Part shown: positions 9,088-18,115 of the stretch, one piece after another
Position numbering within the stretch: position 1 is the first letter of the stretch
How the letters are laid out: every line of letters begins with the position of its first letter
Source of the DNA: Ramlibacter sp.
Lineage (GTDB): Bacteria; Pseudomonadota; Gammaproteobacteria; Burkholderiales; Burkholderiaceae_C
NCBI GenBank assembly: GCA_046348225.1
Contig: JAXMEQ010000004.1
Span: forward strand, 234,081-298,080
Reading direction: 5' to 3'
DNA: 64,000 nt
Made by a program: the position numbers and the translations under genes
Notes under the pieces: model-generated
Seen by the model: only the letters and a program-made list of their open reading frames with translations
Database searches by the model: none
What the model was told of the DNA's origin: nothing

Positions 9088-10418
9088 GCGGCGATGGTAG
9101 CCGCACGGCCGGCCTTGCCGGTGGCGCGGTCCATGCCGTGGAAGCCGAACGCCATGGCCGGCTGCTCGCCGCTGATCAGCTCGGCCAGTGCCTTGCCCGA
9201 GCCGGCGCCGTGGGTCCAGCCCAGCGTGCCGTGGCCAGCGTTGACCCAGAGCTTGCGCACGCGGGTCTGGCCGATATAGGGGATGTTGGTCGGTGTGGCC
9301 GGGCGCAGGCCGGTCCAGTAGCGCGGATTGCCGCCCTCGGCCTCGCTGCGGGTGTCGCAGACGCCGGGCAGCACCGCCTCAATGCGCTCGGCCAGCATGC
9401 GGCAGCGGGCCTGCGCCAGCGGTGTGTCCAGCGACGTGTCAAAGCCGCCCAGCTCGATGGTGCCGGCCACACGCAGTTCGTCGCCCAGGCGGCTCATGGC
9501 GCATTTCACCTCGTCGTCGATGGTGCTGACGAAGGGTGCGGCCTCCGGCTTGAGCAGCCGGAACGTCGCGCTGTAGCCCTTGCCGGGGTAGATCGGCAGG
9601 TCCACACCCACGCGGCGCAGCAGTGGCGCGGTGTAGCTGCCGCACGCCGCCACCACCGCGTCGGCCTTGAGGGTGCGCTGCTCGCCGGTGTGGCGGTCGC
9701 GCACCTGCACGGCTTCGAGCGCGCCGCCGGCCGTGGCCAGCCGCTCGATGTCGTGGTTGAACAGGAACTGCGCGCCGCGCTCGCCGCTCAGGCGGGCCAG
9801 TTCCTGCGTGAACACGCGGGCGTCGCCGCTTTCGTCGCTGGCGGTGTAGGTGCCGCCGACGATGCGGTGGGCGAACGAGCGGAACGCCGGCTCGATGGCC
9901 AGCAGCTCGTCGCGGCTGACCACCCGGCGCTGCACGCCGTACTTCTGCATCAGCCGGGCCGCGCCGGCCGCCGCGTCGAACGATTTTTCGTCGGTGAAGT
10001 AGTGCGCGATGCCGCGCTCCAGCCGGTGGTACCGGATGCCGGTGGCACGCACCACGTCCTTCAGGGCGGCGTGGCTGTAGGCGCCCAGGGCCACCAGCTG
10101 CTGCACGTTGCGCTCAAACGCCGCGTCATTGCACTGGGCCAGGAACTGCAGGCCCCAGCGCCATTGCTGCCAGTCGGGCTGTGGACGGAACAGCAGCGGT
10201 GCGTCGTTGCGGAACATCCACTTCAGCAGCTTGGCTGGCGCGTCGCGGTTGGCCCAGGGTTCGCAGTAGCTCACCGAAATCTGGGCAGCGTTGCCAAAGC
10301 TGGTTTCAAGGGCCGCGTCGGGCTGGCGGTCGACCACGGTCACGTCGTGGCCGCGTTCCAGCAGATGCCAGGCGGTGCTGGTGCCGATGATGCCGGCGCC
10401 GAGAACAAGAACTTTCAT
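9084..10418 (-). CDS. dadA: D-amino acid dehydrogenase (FAD-dependent oxidoreductase)
   Basis: MKVLVLGAGIIGTSTAWHL dinucleotide-binding N-terminus. Length 444 aa and overall DadA-like sequence. Confidence 0.8.
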   Translation of the reverse strand: MKVLVLGAGIIGTSTAWHLLERGHDVTVVDRQPDAALETSFGNAAQISVSYCEPWANRDAPAKLLKWMFRNDAPLLFRPQPDWQQWRWGLQFLAQCNDAAFERNVQQLVALGAYSHAALKDVVRATGIRYHRLERGIAHYFTDEKSFDAAAGAARLMQKYGVQRRVVSRDELLAIEPAFRSFAHRIVGGTYTASDESGDARVFTQELARLSGERGAQFLFNHDIERLATAGGALEAVQVRDRHTGEQRTLKADAVVAACGSYTAPLLRRVGVDLPIYPGKGYSATFRLLKPEAAPFVSTIDDEVKCAMSRLGDELRVAGTIELGGFDTSLDTPLAQARCRMLAERIEAVLPGVCDTRSEAEGGNPRYWTGLRPATPTNIPYIGQTRVRKLWVNAGHGTLGWTHGAGSGKALAELISGEQPAMAFGFHGMDRATGKAGRAATIAA

Positions 10419-10630
10419 GGGCCGCAGTGTGGTGCAAGTGGGCGGTGAGTAAAAGCGGAATTAAACACTCAGTGAAAACATCAGGTGCACTAATAACATT
10501 CAGAAACCCAAACTAATCAGTCAAGAAACAGACTGTTAAGTTTGAGAAATTACTGAACGGTAAATATGATGCGCCGCCGGGCAGTTGCCGGTATCAAACA
10601 ACGGCGCAAAGCGCCATCAAGGAGTGCAGC

Positions 10631-11578
10631 ATGTCAATGAGCAGAAGGCAATGGATGATGGTGGCCGCCGCTGGCGGCGCAAGCATGGCCCTGACCGCCT
10701 GTGGCGGCAGCGATGGCCCGGCGGTCGAGACCCGGGACGTGGTGCAAATCGCCCAGGCCGACCCCCAGTTCAGCATCCTGGTGGAAGCGGTGGTCGCGGC
10801 CGACCTGGTCAACACCCTCAAGGGCCCCGGCCCGTTCACGGTGTTTGCGCCCACCGATGCGGCCTTTGCCGCGCTGCTGGCCGAGCTGGGCGTGACCAAG
10901 GAAGCGCTGCTGGCCAACAAGCCGCTGCTGACGGCGGTGCTCACGTACCACGTGCTGCCGGGCAAGGTCGAGCGCGCGGGGGTGCCGCTGGGCAAAGCCG
11001 TCACCACCGTGCAGGGTGGCATTTTCAAGGTGGACGCCACGGGTGGCGCCCTGGTCATCACCGACGGGCGCAACCGCACCAGCACCATTCGCGCCACGGA
11101 CATTGCCGCCAGCAACGGGGTGGTGCACGTGATCGACCGGGTGCTGCTGCCCGCCGACAAAAACATTGTCCAGACGGCGCAGGCGCTGCCGCAGTTCAGC
11201 ATCCTGGTGGAAGCGGTGGTCGCGGCCAACCTCGCGGGGGCCTTGTCGGGCGCCGGGCCGCTCACCGTATTCGCGCCCACCAACGACGCTTTTGCGGCAC
11301 TGCTGTCGGAGCTGGGCGTGACCAAAACGGCCCTGCTGGCCAATACCGCGCTGCTGACCCGAGTGCTCACCTACCATGTGGTGCCGGGCCGCGTGCTCAA
11401 GGCCGATGTCCCGGTGGGCACCGCCATCACGTCACTGCAAGGCGCCACCTTCACCATCGACGCGAGCCTGGCCATCACCGACCAGCGCGGCCGCAAGAGC
11501 AACATCACCGCCACCGACGTGCTGACCAGCAACGGCGTGATCCACGTGATTGACAAGGTGATCCTGCCGCCGGCCTGA
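10631..11578 (+). CDS. fasciclin (2 x FAS1) domain lipoprotein
   Basis: Signal/lipobox MALTACGG. Two FAS1 units (TVFAPTDAAF...HVIDRVLLP and TVFAPTNDAF...HVIDKVILP). AAGGAG RBS upstream. Confidence 0.85.
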   Translation: MSMSRRQWMMVAAAGGASMALTACGGSDGPAVETRDVVQIAQADPQFSILVEAVVAADLVNTLKGPGPFTVFAPTDAAFAALLAELGVTKEALLANKPLLTAVLTYHVLPGKVERAGVPLGKAVTTVQGGIFKVDATGGALVITDGRNRTSTIRATDIAASNGVVHVIDRVLLPADKNIVQTAQALPQFSILVEAVVAANLAGALSGAGPLTVFAPTNDAFAALLSELGVTKTALLANTALLTRVLTYHVVPGRVLKADVPVGTAITSLQGATFTIDASLAITDQRGRKSNITATDVLTSNGVIHVIDKVILPPA

Positions 11579-11664
11579 CGCGGCGGCGCCCGGCCGGGCC
11601 CGGGGAAGTTGTTGCCGCCATGAAGAAAAACTAAACTTCGGGCGTCAGCATCAACTTCCCTTAT

Positions 11665-12579
11665 ATGAGTACCTTTGACCCCGACGCCCTCGAATGCCTG
11701 GCCGCCATCGTGGAAGAGGGGGGCTTTGAGCGCGCCGCCCAGCGCCTGTCGATCACCCAGTCGGCGGTGTCGCAGCGGCTGCGGGCGCTGGAGGCGCAGG
11801 TCGGCACGGTACTGATCGTGCGCAGCCGGCCGCTCAAGCCCACTTCGGCTGGCCAGCTCCTGCTCAAGCACACCAAGCAGCTGCGCCTGTTGCGCGCCGA
11901 CCTCGAGCGCGACCTGAAGGAGCTGGCCCCCAGCTCCACAGGCAGCGGCCGCGAGGAAGAGCGGATCTCGATCGCCGTCAACGCCGACAGCATTGCCACT
12001 TGGGCCCTGCCTGCGCTCGGCGAACTGGCGCGCCAGGGGCTGCCGCTGGAGATCATCACCGACGATCAGGACTTCACCCACGAATGGCTGCGCGAAGGCC
12101 AGGTGCTGGGCTGCGTGACCACGCTGAAGCAGGCGCTGCGCGGCTGCAAGGTGGTGCCGCTGGGCGCGATGGACTACATCGCCGTCGCCCGGCCCGACTT
12201 CGCCCAGGCACGCGTGCCCAAGGGCTTGACGCCGCACAACTTCCGCGAGGTGCCGTTCATTGCCTTCAACCGCAAGGACGATGGCCAGGCCGAGTTCGTG
12301 TCCAAGGCCTTCGGCCTGAAACGGGTCACGCTGAGCCAGCTGTTTGTGCCCAGCTCCGAGGGTCAGGTGCGCGCGGTGCTGGCCGGCTGGGGCGTGAGCA
12401 TCCTGCCCGAACTGCTGGTGCGCGGCCTGCTGGAGCAGGGCCAGCTGGTCAACATCTGCCCCGGCCATGCGCTGCCCATCCAGCTCTACTGGCATTGCTG
12501 GAACCTGGAATCCGACGTGCTCGACGCCCTCAGTGCGGCGCTGACCGGCGCGGCCAACACCGCCTTGACGAACACCTGA
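11665..12579 (+). CDS. argP: LysR-family transcriptional regulator, ArgP/IciA-like
   Basis: N-terminal LECLAAIVEEGGFERAAQRLSITQSAVSQRLRALE is the ArgP-type wHTH. 304 aa. Confidence 0.7.
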   Translation: MSTFDPDALECLAAIVEEGGFERAAQRLSITQSAVSQRLRALEAQVGTVLIVRSRPLKPTSAGQLLLKHTKQLRLLRADLERDLKELAPSSTGSGREEERISIAVNADSIATWALPALGELARQGLPLEIITDDQDFTHEWLREGQVLGCVTTLKQALRGCKVVPLGAMDYIAVARPDFAQARVPKGLTPHNFREVPFIAFNRKDDGQAEFVSKAFGLKRVTLSQLFVPSSEGQVRAVLAGWGVSILPELLVRGLLEQGQLVNICPGHALPIQLYWHCWNLESDVLDALSAALTGAANTALTNT

Positions 12580-12595
12580 GCGAGGTATCCAATCA

Positions 12596-12616
12596 AACGA
12601 TACAAAATGTATCGTT
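12596..12616 (+). promoter_or_regulatory. perfect AT-rich palindrome AACGATACA-AAA-TGTATCGTT enclosing the annotated start codon of the next gene
   Basis: Read directly. 9-bp arms with a 3-nt spacer; ATG 12607-12609 spans the spacer/right arm. Confidence 0.6.
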
Positions 12617-14349
12617 GGTTGATGCGCCGCTGTTGGTGGGGCCTGCTGGCCTGCCTGCTGTTCACCGTGGGTGGCGGCGGGGCCAGTGCGCGCACCATCC
12701 TGGACCTGGACGTGCAGCGCCAGCCGGTGTCGCTGGCTGACTGGGGTGACTGGTGGCTCGACGAGTCCGGCCGCAGCGGGCTCGACGACGTGCTCAAGCT
12801 GCCCGAGTCTGCCTTCCGTCCCACGGCCGAGCGCCAGCTCTATCCCGTGAAGCCCGGCGAGGCGCTGTGGATACGCTTCACCGTTCCGCCCGCGCCCGAC
12901 TTCGAGCGCTGGTACCTCCAGCTGCCGAACCCCGGCCTCAACAAGGCGACGCTGTTCACCCGGGCCGATGCCGGCTGGACCTTCCAGAGCGCTGGCGACC
13001 TGGTGCCCGTGGCCTACTGGCCCTTGCCCAACCTCCACCCCATCCTGCCGTTGCAGGTGTCGGCTGCCGATGTGGGCCGCTACATGCTGCGCATCGAGTC
13101 CAGCAGCACCTTCAGCACGCCCATCCGGTTTGTCAGCGAAAGCGGGCTGTCATCGGAGCAGCAGCGCATATCGCTGTTGCACGGCGTTTACTTCGGGCTG
13201 CTGACCATGGTGGCCGTGTTTGGCCTCATCAGCGCGGCGGTGATGCGCGACCAGGCCTACCTGTGGTTCAGCCTGTACGCCATGGCCATCAATGTGTCGG
13301 TAGCCACCGGGGTAGGCGTCGCAGGCCTGCACCTGTGGCCGCTCAACGCGCGGTGGGCTGACGCGGCAGAGTACGTGCTGCCCACCTTGAGCTTTGCGCC
13401 GCTGCTGGTGTTCATCGCAATGGCGGCGTCGTTGCGGGCCCGTTCGGTGGTGGTGTTCTGGCTGTTCTGCGCGCTCGCGGCCGGCTCGCTGGCCGCGGCC
13501 GTGGCGGCGTACCTGCTGCCCAGTCCGTCGCGGCTGCAGCTGCTGCTGGGCACGGTGCTGCTGCTGTCGGCGGTGGGCGTGGCGGGCCTGGCCTGGGCCT
13601 GGTACCACGGCGACCGCTTTGCGCGCTGGCTGCTGCTGGCGTTTGCGCCGCTGGTGCTGGCGCTGCCGTTCCCGCTGGCACGCTGGCTGGCACTGGCCCC
13701 GCTGAATTTCTGGTCGCAGCATGCGGTGCAGCTGGCCCTGGGCATCACCCTGCCGGCGGTGTTCCTGCTGCTGATCCTGCGCAGCCAGGAGCGGCGCGAC
13801 TACCGCCGCCGCATCACCCAGCTGGACCAGGTGGATCCGATGACCGGGCTGGTGAACGACGACGTCTTCAGCCACCGCCTGCGCGGCCTGATCGAGCGCT
13901 CGCAGCGCTTCAACTGCCAGAGCGCCGTGGTGCTGGTGGACTTCACCAACCTGCACCGTCTGCGCGAGGAGTTTGGCCGCAAGGCCGTGCTGGAAGTCCT
14001 GCTGCGTCTTGCAGGGCGGCTGACCTCGCTGGTGCGCGACGTGGACACTGTGGCACGCATTGGCGAGGCCCGCTACGGCGTGCTGATCGAAGGCCCGGTG
14101 CCGCCCGACCGCGCCGCCGCGCTCGGCTCCAAGCTGCTGGCGCGCCTGATCATGCCGTTCGCACGCATGCCGATGGGCCTCACCGTGCGCCCCAAAGTGG
14201 CCGTGGCGCTGGTGCCGGCGCAGGGTGACAACGTGGAAGACGTGCTGCTGCGGCTGGACGGCATCCTCAAGGGCGCCGCACCGGACAACCGCAAGAACAT
14301 CTACGTGGTGGATTCGCAGCCCGCGTCGGTGCCCCAGTCCATGCCCTGA
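12607..14349 (+). CDS. 7TM-DISM-type membrane receptor with degenerate GGDEF domain
   Basis: Signal peptide, periplasmic domain, 7 predicted TM helices and a C-terminal GGDEF-fold (DPMTGLVND...). The active-site motif reads GEARY instead of GG(D/E)EF. Alternative start at ATG 12622. Confidence 0.75.
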   Translation: MYRWLMRRCWWGLLACLLFTVGGGGASARTILDLDVQRQPVSLADWGDWWLDESGRSGLDDVLKLPESAFRPTAERQLYPVKPGEALWIRFTVPPAPDFERWYLQLPNPGLNKATLFTRADAGWTFQSAGDLVPVAYWPLPNLHPILPLQVSAADVGRYMLRIESSSTFSTPIRFVSESGLSSEQQRISLLHGVYFGLLTMVAVFGLISAAVMRDQAYLWFSLYAMAINVSVATGVGVAGLHLWPLNARWADAAEYVLPTLSFAPLLVFIAMAASLRARSVVVFWLFCALAAGSLAAAVAAYLLPSPSRLQLLLGTVLLLSAVGVAGLAWAWYHGDRFARWLLLAFAPLVLALPFPLARWLALAPLNFWSQHAVQLALGITLPAVFLLLILRSQERRDYRRRITQLDQVDPMTGLVNDDVFSHRLRGLIERSQRFNCQSAVVLVDFTNLHRLREEFGRKAVLEVLLRLAGRLTSLVRDVDTVARIGEARYGVLIEGPVPPDRAAALGSKLLARLIMPFARMPMGLTVRPKVAVALVPAQGDNVEDVLLRLDGILKGAAPDNRKNIYVVDSQPASVPQSMP

Positions 14350-14442
14350 GGCACGCCCTGGCGGCTGGACAAGCCGGGGCCGGAGAGTATCCTTTGCGCA
14401 ACGTCCGGTAACAGATCTGCCGGGAACACAAGGAGGCACCGA

Positions 14443-17400
14443 ATGCTGGATTCACTGGGCTTGCGGGCCCGGCTGGTACTGCTGGTGCTGGCAGCCCTGA
14501 GCCCGGTGTGCCTGCTGGGCATGCTGGCCGCGCACCAGCAGCGCGAAAAGGCCATGGAGTTCGGGCGTTCGAGCTTGTTGGCCACCGCGCGCCTGGCTGT
14601 TACCCGGCAGGAGCAGCTGCTCGTCAAGACGCAGAACCTGCTGCAGGTGATGGCCAGCGGGCCATCCATTCGCGACACGCGCATCCGGCTGTGTGAACCC
14701 TACCTGCGCAACCTGCGCGCGCAGTACCTCATGTACGTGAACATTGGCGTGGCCAATCTGGAAGGGCAGCTCACCTGCCACGCCCAGAACGACGGTGAGC
14801 CGGTGAACGTGGCCGACCGGCCGTATTTTCGTGCCACCGTGCAGCACAAGGCCTTTTCGGTCGGTGAATTCAGCATCGGGCGGGCGACCGGCCAGCCGGT
14901 GCTGAATTTCGGCTTCCCGGTTTATGGTGACGATGGCCAGCTCAACGGCGTGGCGTTTGCCGCCATGGAGATCAGCGCCATGCAGGAAGCGCTGGCGGAG
15001 ACGCCTGCCGTCGCGGGTGGCACGCTGCTGGTGGTCGACCGCAAGGGCGTGGTGCTGGCGGCATGGCCGGCTGACGCCGCTGCCGTGGGCAAGCCGGCGC
15101 CCGACGCGCCGGTGCGCGAGGCGGTGCGGCAAGCGGCGGCGGGCCTGTTTGAGGGGCCGGATGCCCAGGGCCTTGACCGCATTTATGCGCTGGCTGGAAA
15201 CGCCAGCACCGGCGGAACCGACCTGTTCGTGGTGGTGAGCGAGCCGCGCGACGCCATCCTCGGACCGCCGACGCGCAGTTTCCGGCAGGCGCTGGTGGCG
15301 GTGCTGCTGGCGGCGCTGTTTGGTGTGGGTTTTGCCTGGTGGATTGGCGGACGGCTGGTCGTGGCCCCCGCCCGGCGCATGCTGCGCGTGGCCCACCGCG
15401 TGCAGCGCGGCGACCTGTCCGCCCGCGTCGACGCGGTACCCGAGCGGCACCGCGACGAGCTGGCCCGCCTCGGTCGAACGCTCAACCGCATGACCGCTGC
15501 GATCGAGGAGCGGCAGCTTCGGCTTGACGAAGCCCTGCGCGCCGCTGAAAAGGAGCATGCGCTGGTGGACCTGATCATCAACAGCATGCGCGAAGGCGTG
15601 ATCGCGGCCGACACGCAGGGCCGATTCCTGCTGTTCAACGAAGCCGCACGGCAGGTGCTGCCCTTGCATTCGACTGCCGACAACCTGGACGCCTGGCGGC
15701 AATGGCAGGAGCTGCGCAGCGCCGACGGCGACCAGGCCATCGCCCCACAGGACCGCCCCCTGAGCCGCGCGATTCGCGGCGAAAGCGCCGACAACCTGGA
15801 ACTCATGGTTCGCATCGACGAGGCGCCTGACCGCGTACTCAGCCTCAATGCGCGTCCCCTGCTGGACCCGGCGGGTGAGGTGGTGGGCGGGCTGGTGGTG
15901 TTCACGGACATCACGGCGCGCAAGGCGGCCGAGCGCCTTCGCGAACAGCAGGAGCAGGTGCTGGAGCTGATCGCCGCCGGCGCGCCCCTGGCCGAGTCCC
16001 TGGCGGCGGTGGCGCGCCTGGTGGAGTCGCACTCGCCCGACAGCCTGTGCACGGTGATGCTGCGCGAGGGGGAACGGTTGCGCGTGGGCGCCGCGCCCAG
16101 CCTGCCCGCCACCTTCGCCGGCCAGCTGGACGGGCTGCCGGTCGGCGAACAGGGGGGCGCCTGTGGCGCGGCGGCGGCACGTGGCCAGCCAGTTGCCGTG
16201 CTGGACATCGAGGAAGACGCCCTGATGGCCGCCTACCGGCCGGTCGCGCGGATGCACGGGCTGCGTGCCTGCTGGTCCACGCCGGTGTTTTCGGCGCAGG
16301 GCGATGTGGTGGCGACATTTGCGGTCTACCACCGCGAAGTCCACCGGCCGGACCCCGGCGAGCAGCCGCTGGTGCAGGCCGCCACCCGGCTGGTGCGCAT
16401 CGTGATCGAGCGTGACCGGGCCATCCAGGCGTTGCGCGAGAGCGAGGCGCGTTTCCGCGAACTGGCCCGGACAGTGCAGGACGTGTTCTACATCCGTGAC
16501 ACCGTGGCCGGTGCGCTGCTCTATGTGAGCCCGGCCTACGAGCGGGTCTGGGGCCGCAGCTGCGAAAGCGCCTATGCCCAGCCCTGGTCGTTTCTGGCGG
16601 CCATCCATCCGGAAGACCGGCCGGGGGTCGAGCGCGACCTGCTGCGCCAGCGCATGGGCGACAACACCGAGACGGAATTCCGCGTGGTGGCGCCAGACGG
16701 CACCGAGCGCTGGGTACGCCACCATGCCTACCCGGTGGCTTCGGAGTCCGGCCTCGTGGAGCGGGTCGTCGGCACCGCGCGGGACGTGACCGAGCGCGTG
16801 CTGGCCAACCAGCGCCTCGCCTGGACCCACCGTTCGCTGGAAATGCTCAGCCGCTGCAACGGGGCACTGGTCCGCCTGTCGGAGGAGCCGCTGTTGCTGC
16901 GCGAGGTCTGCCGGCTGGCGGTGGAGGTGGGCAGTTACCGGATGGCATGGGTCGGTTATGCGCAGCCCGATGGTGAACGCCTGGTGGAGCCTGTGGCCCA
17001 TGCGGGCGAGGAACAGGGCTACCTGTCGGCGATCAGCCTGAGCTGGCGCGACGACGAGCCGCGCGGGCGGGGCCCGGTGGGCCGTGCGCTGCGGTCAGGC
17101 GAGCCGGTGGTGTGCGAGGACATTGCCGAAGACAGCGGTGAATTCTTCTGGCGTGACGACGCCATGTCCCGGGGCTTTCGCAGCCTGGTGTGCCTGCCGC
17201 TGCGCCACGCGGGTGCGCCGTTTGGCGTGCTGTCGCTGTACGGGGCGCAGGCCCATGCCGTGACGCCCGAAGAGGTGCGCCTGCTGCAGGAGCTGGCCGA
17301 CAACCTGGCCTTCGGCATCACCACCATCCGCGAGCGTCAGCGCGCGCGCGACGAGGTGCTGCAGCTCAATGCCGGACTGGAGCAGCGCGTGCAGCAGCGC

Positions 17401-18096
17401 ACCGTGCAGCTGGAAGCGGCCAACCAGGAGCTGGAAGCATTCTCGTATTCGGTGGCGCATGACCTGCGCGCACCGCTGGCCGCCATCGACGGCTTCAGTG
17501 CGGCGCTCGAGCGCCATGGGCTGGACAGCGAACGGTCGGCGCACTACCTGGGGCGGGTCCGGGCGTCGGTGCAGAAAATGGGCGAGATGATCGACGCCCT
17601 GCTCACGCTGGCGCGCCTGTCGCGCGCCAGCCTGCGCTGGGAGGCGGTCGATCTGGGCGCGCTGGCCAGTGCGGTGGTCGGCGAGCTGCAGGAGCATGAG
17701 CCGGGGCGCAGGGTGCAGGTGGACATTGCCCCCGGGCTGCGCGCCCAGGGCGACCCCGACCTGCTGCGCCTGGCGCTTGAAAACCTGCTGGCCAACGCGT
17801 GGAAGTTCACCGCGCGCCAGGAACAGGCCGTCATTGCCATTGGCCAGGTGCCGGGCGCCGACGGTCGTCCGGTGTTTTTTGTGCGTGACAACGGCGTGGG
17901 CTTCGACATGGCGTATGCGGGCAAACTGTTTGGTGCGTTCCAGCGCCTGCATGCGGCCCATGAGTTTCCGGGCACGGGTCTCGGCCTGGCCAACGTGCAG
18001 CGCATTGTGGTGCGGCACGGCGGCCGCATCTGGGCGGAGTCTGCGGCCGGCGCGGGGGCCACGTTTCACTTCACGCTGGGGGCGCGGCCGGACTAG
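14443..18096 (+). CDS. multidomain sensor histidine kinase (Cache-like periplasmic domain, HAMP, PAS/GAF modules, HisKA, HATPase_c)
   Basis: AAGGAGG RBS. H-box SYSVAHDLRAPL, N/G boxes NLLANAWKF and GTGLGLANV. Multiple PAS/GAF-like segments. Confidence 0.85.
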   Translation: MLDSLGLRARLVLLVLAALSPVCLLGMLAAHQQREKAMEFGRSSLLATARLAVTRQEQLLVKTQNLLQVMASGPSIRDTRIRLCEPYLRNLRAQYLMYVNIGVANLEGQLTCHAQNDGEPVNVADRPYFRATVQHKAFSVGEFSIGRATGQPVLNFGFPVYGDDGQLNGVAFAAMEISAMQEALAETPAVAGGTLLVVDRKGVVLAAWPADAAAVGKPAPDAPVREAVRQAAAGLFEGPDAQGLDRIYALAGNASTGGTDLFVVVSEPRDAILGPPTRSFRQALVAVLLAALFGVGFAWWIGGRLVVAPARRMLRVAHRVQRGDLSARVDAVPERHRDELARLGRTLNRMTAAIEERQLRLDEALRAAEKEHALVDLIINSMREGVIAADTQGRFLLFNEAARQVLPLHSTADNLDAWRQWQELRSADGDQAIAPQDRPLSRAIRGESADNLELMVRIDEAPDRVLSLNARPLLDPAGEVVGGLVVFTDITARKAAERLREQQEQVLELIAAGAPLAESLAAVARLVESHSPDSLCTVMLREGERLRVGAAPSLPATFAGQLDGLPVGEQGGACGAAAARGQPVAVLDIEEDALMAAYRPVARMHGLRACWSTPVFSAQGDVVATFAVYHREVHRPDPGEQPLVQAATRLVRIVIERDRAIQALRESEARFRELARTVQDVFYIRDTVAGALLYVSPAYERVWGRSCESAYAQPWSFLAAIHPEDRPGVERDLLRQRMGDNTETEFRVVAPDGTERWVRHHAYPVASESGLVERVVGTARDVTERVLANQRLAWTHRSLEMLSRCNGALVRLSEEPLLLREVCRLAVEVGSYRMAWVGYAQPDGERLVEPVAHAGEEQGYLSAISLSWRDDEPRGRGPVGRALRSGEPVVCEDIAEDSGEFFWRDDAMSRGFRSLVCLPLRHAGAPFGVLSLYGAQAHAVTPEEVRLLQELADNLAFGITTIRERQRARDEVLQLNAGLEQRVQQRTVQLEAANQELEAFSYSVAHDLRAPLAAIDGFSAALERHGLDSERSAHYLGRVRASVQKMGEMIDALLTLARLSRASLRWEAVDLGALASAVVGELQEHEPGRRVQVDIAPGLRAQGDPDLLRLALENLLANAWKFTARQEQAVIAIGQVPGADGRPVFFVRDNGVGFDMAYAGKLFGAFQRLHAAHEFPGTGLGLANVQRIVVRHGGRIWAESAAGAGATFHFTLGARPD

Positions 18097-18115
18097 CGGG
18101 CCCCGCTGCAGCGGG

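Noticed and set aside
10566-10640. 24-codon upstream ORF (MMRRRAVAGIKQRRKAPSRSAACQ) overlapping the fasciclin start
   Set aside because: It has no RBS, no recognisable leader-peptide logic, and composition consistent with chance. It is kept only as a remote possibility.
14452-17001. 849-aa ORF on the minus strand
   Set aside because: It lies entirely antisense to the multidomain histidine kinase, which has clear motifs. Its translation is Arg/Gly/His/Ala-rich low complexity, typical of shadow ORFs in GC-rich DNA. The same reasoning rejects 11371-13038(-), 13150-14439(-), 17095-18435(-), 8733-10448(+), 42096-43421(-), 48433-49641(-), 53604-55088(-), 55513-57093(-), 24468-25298(+) and similar track entries.
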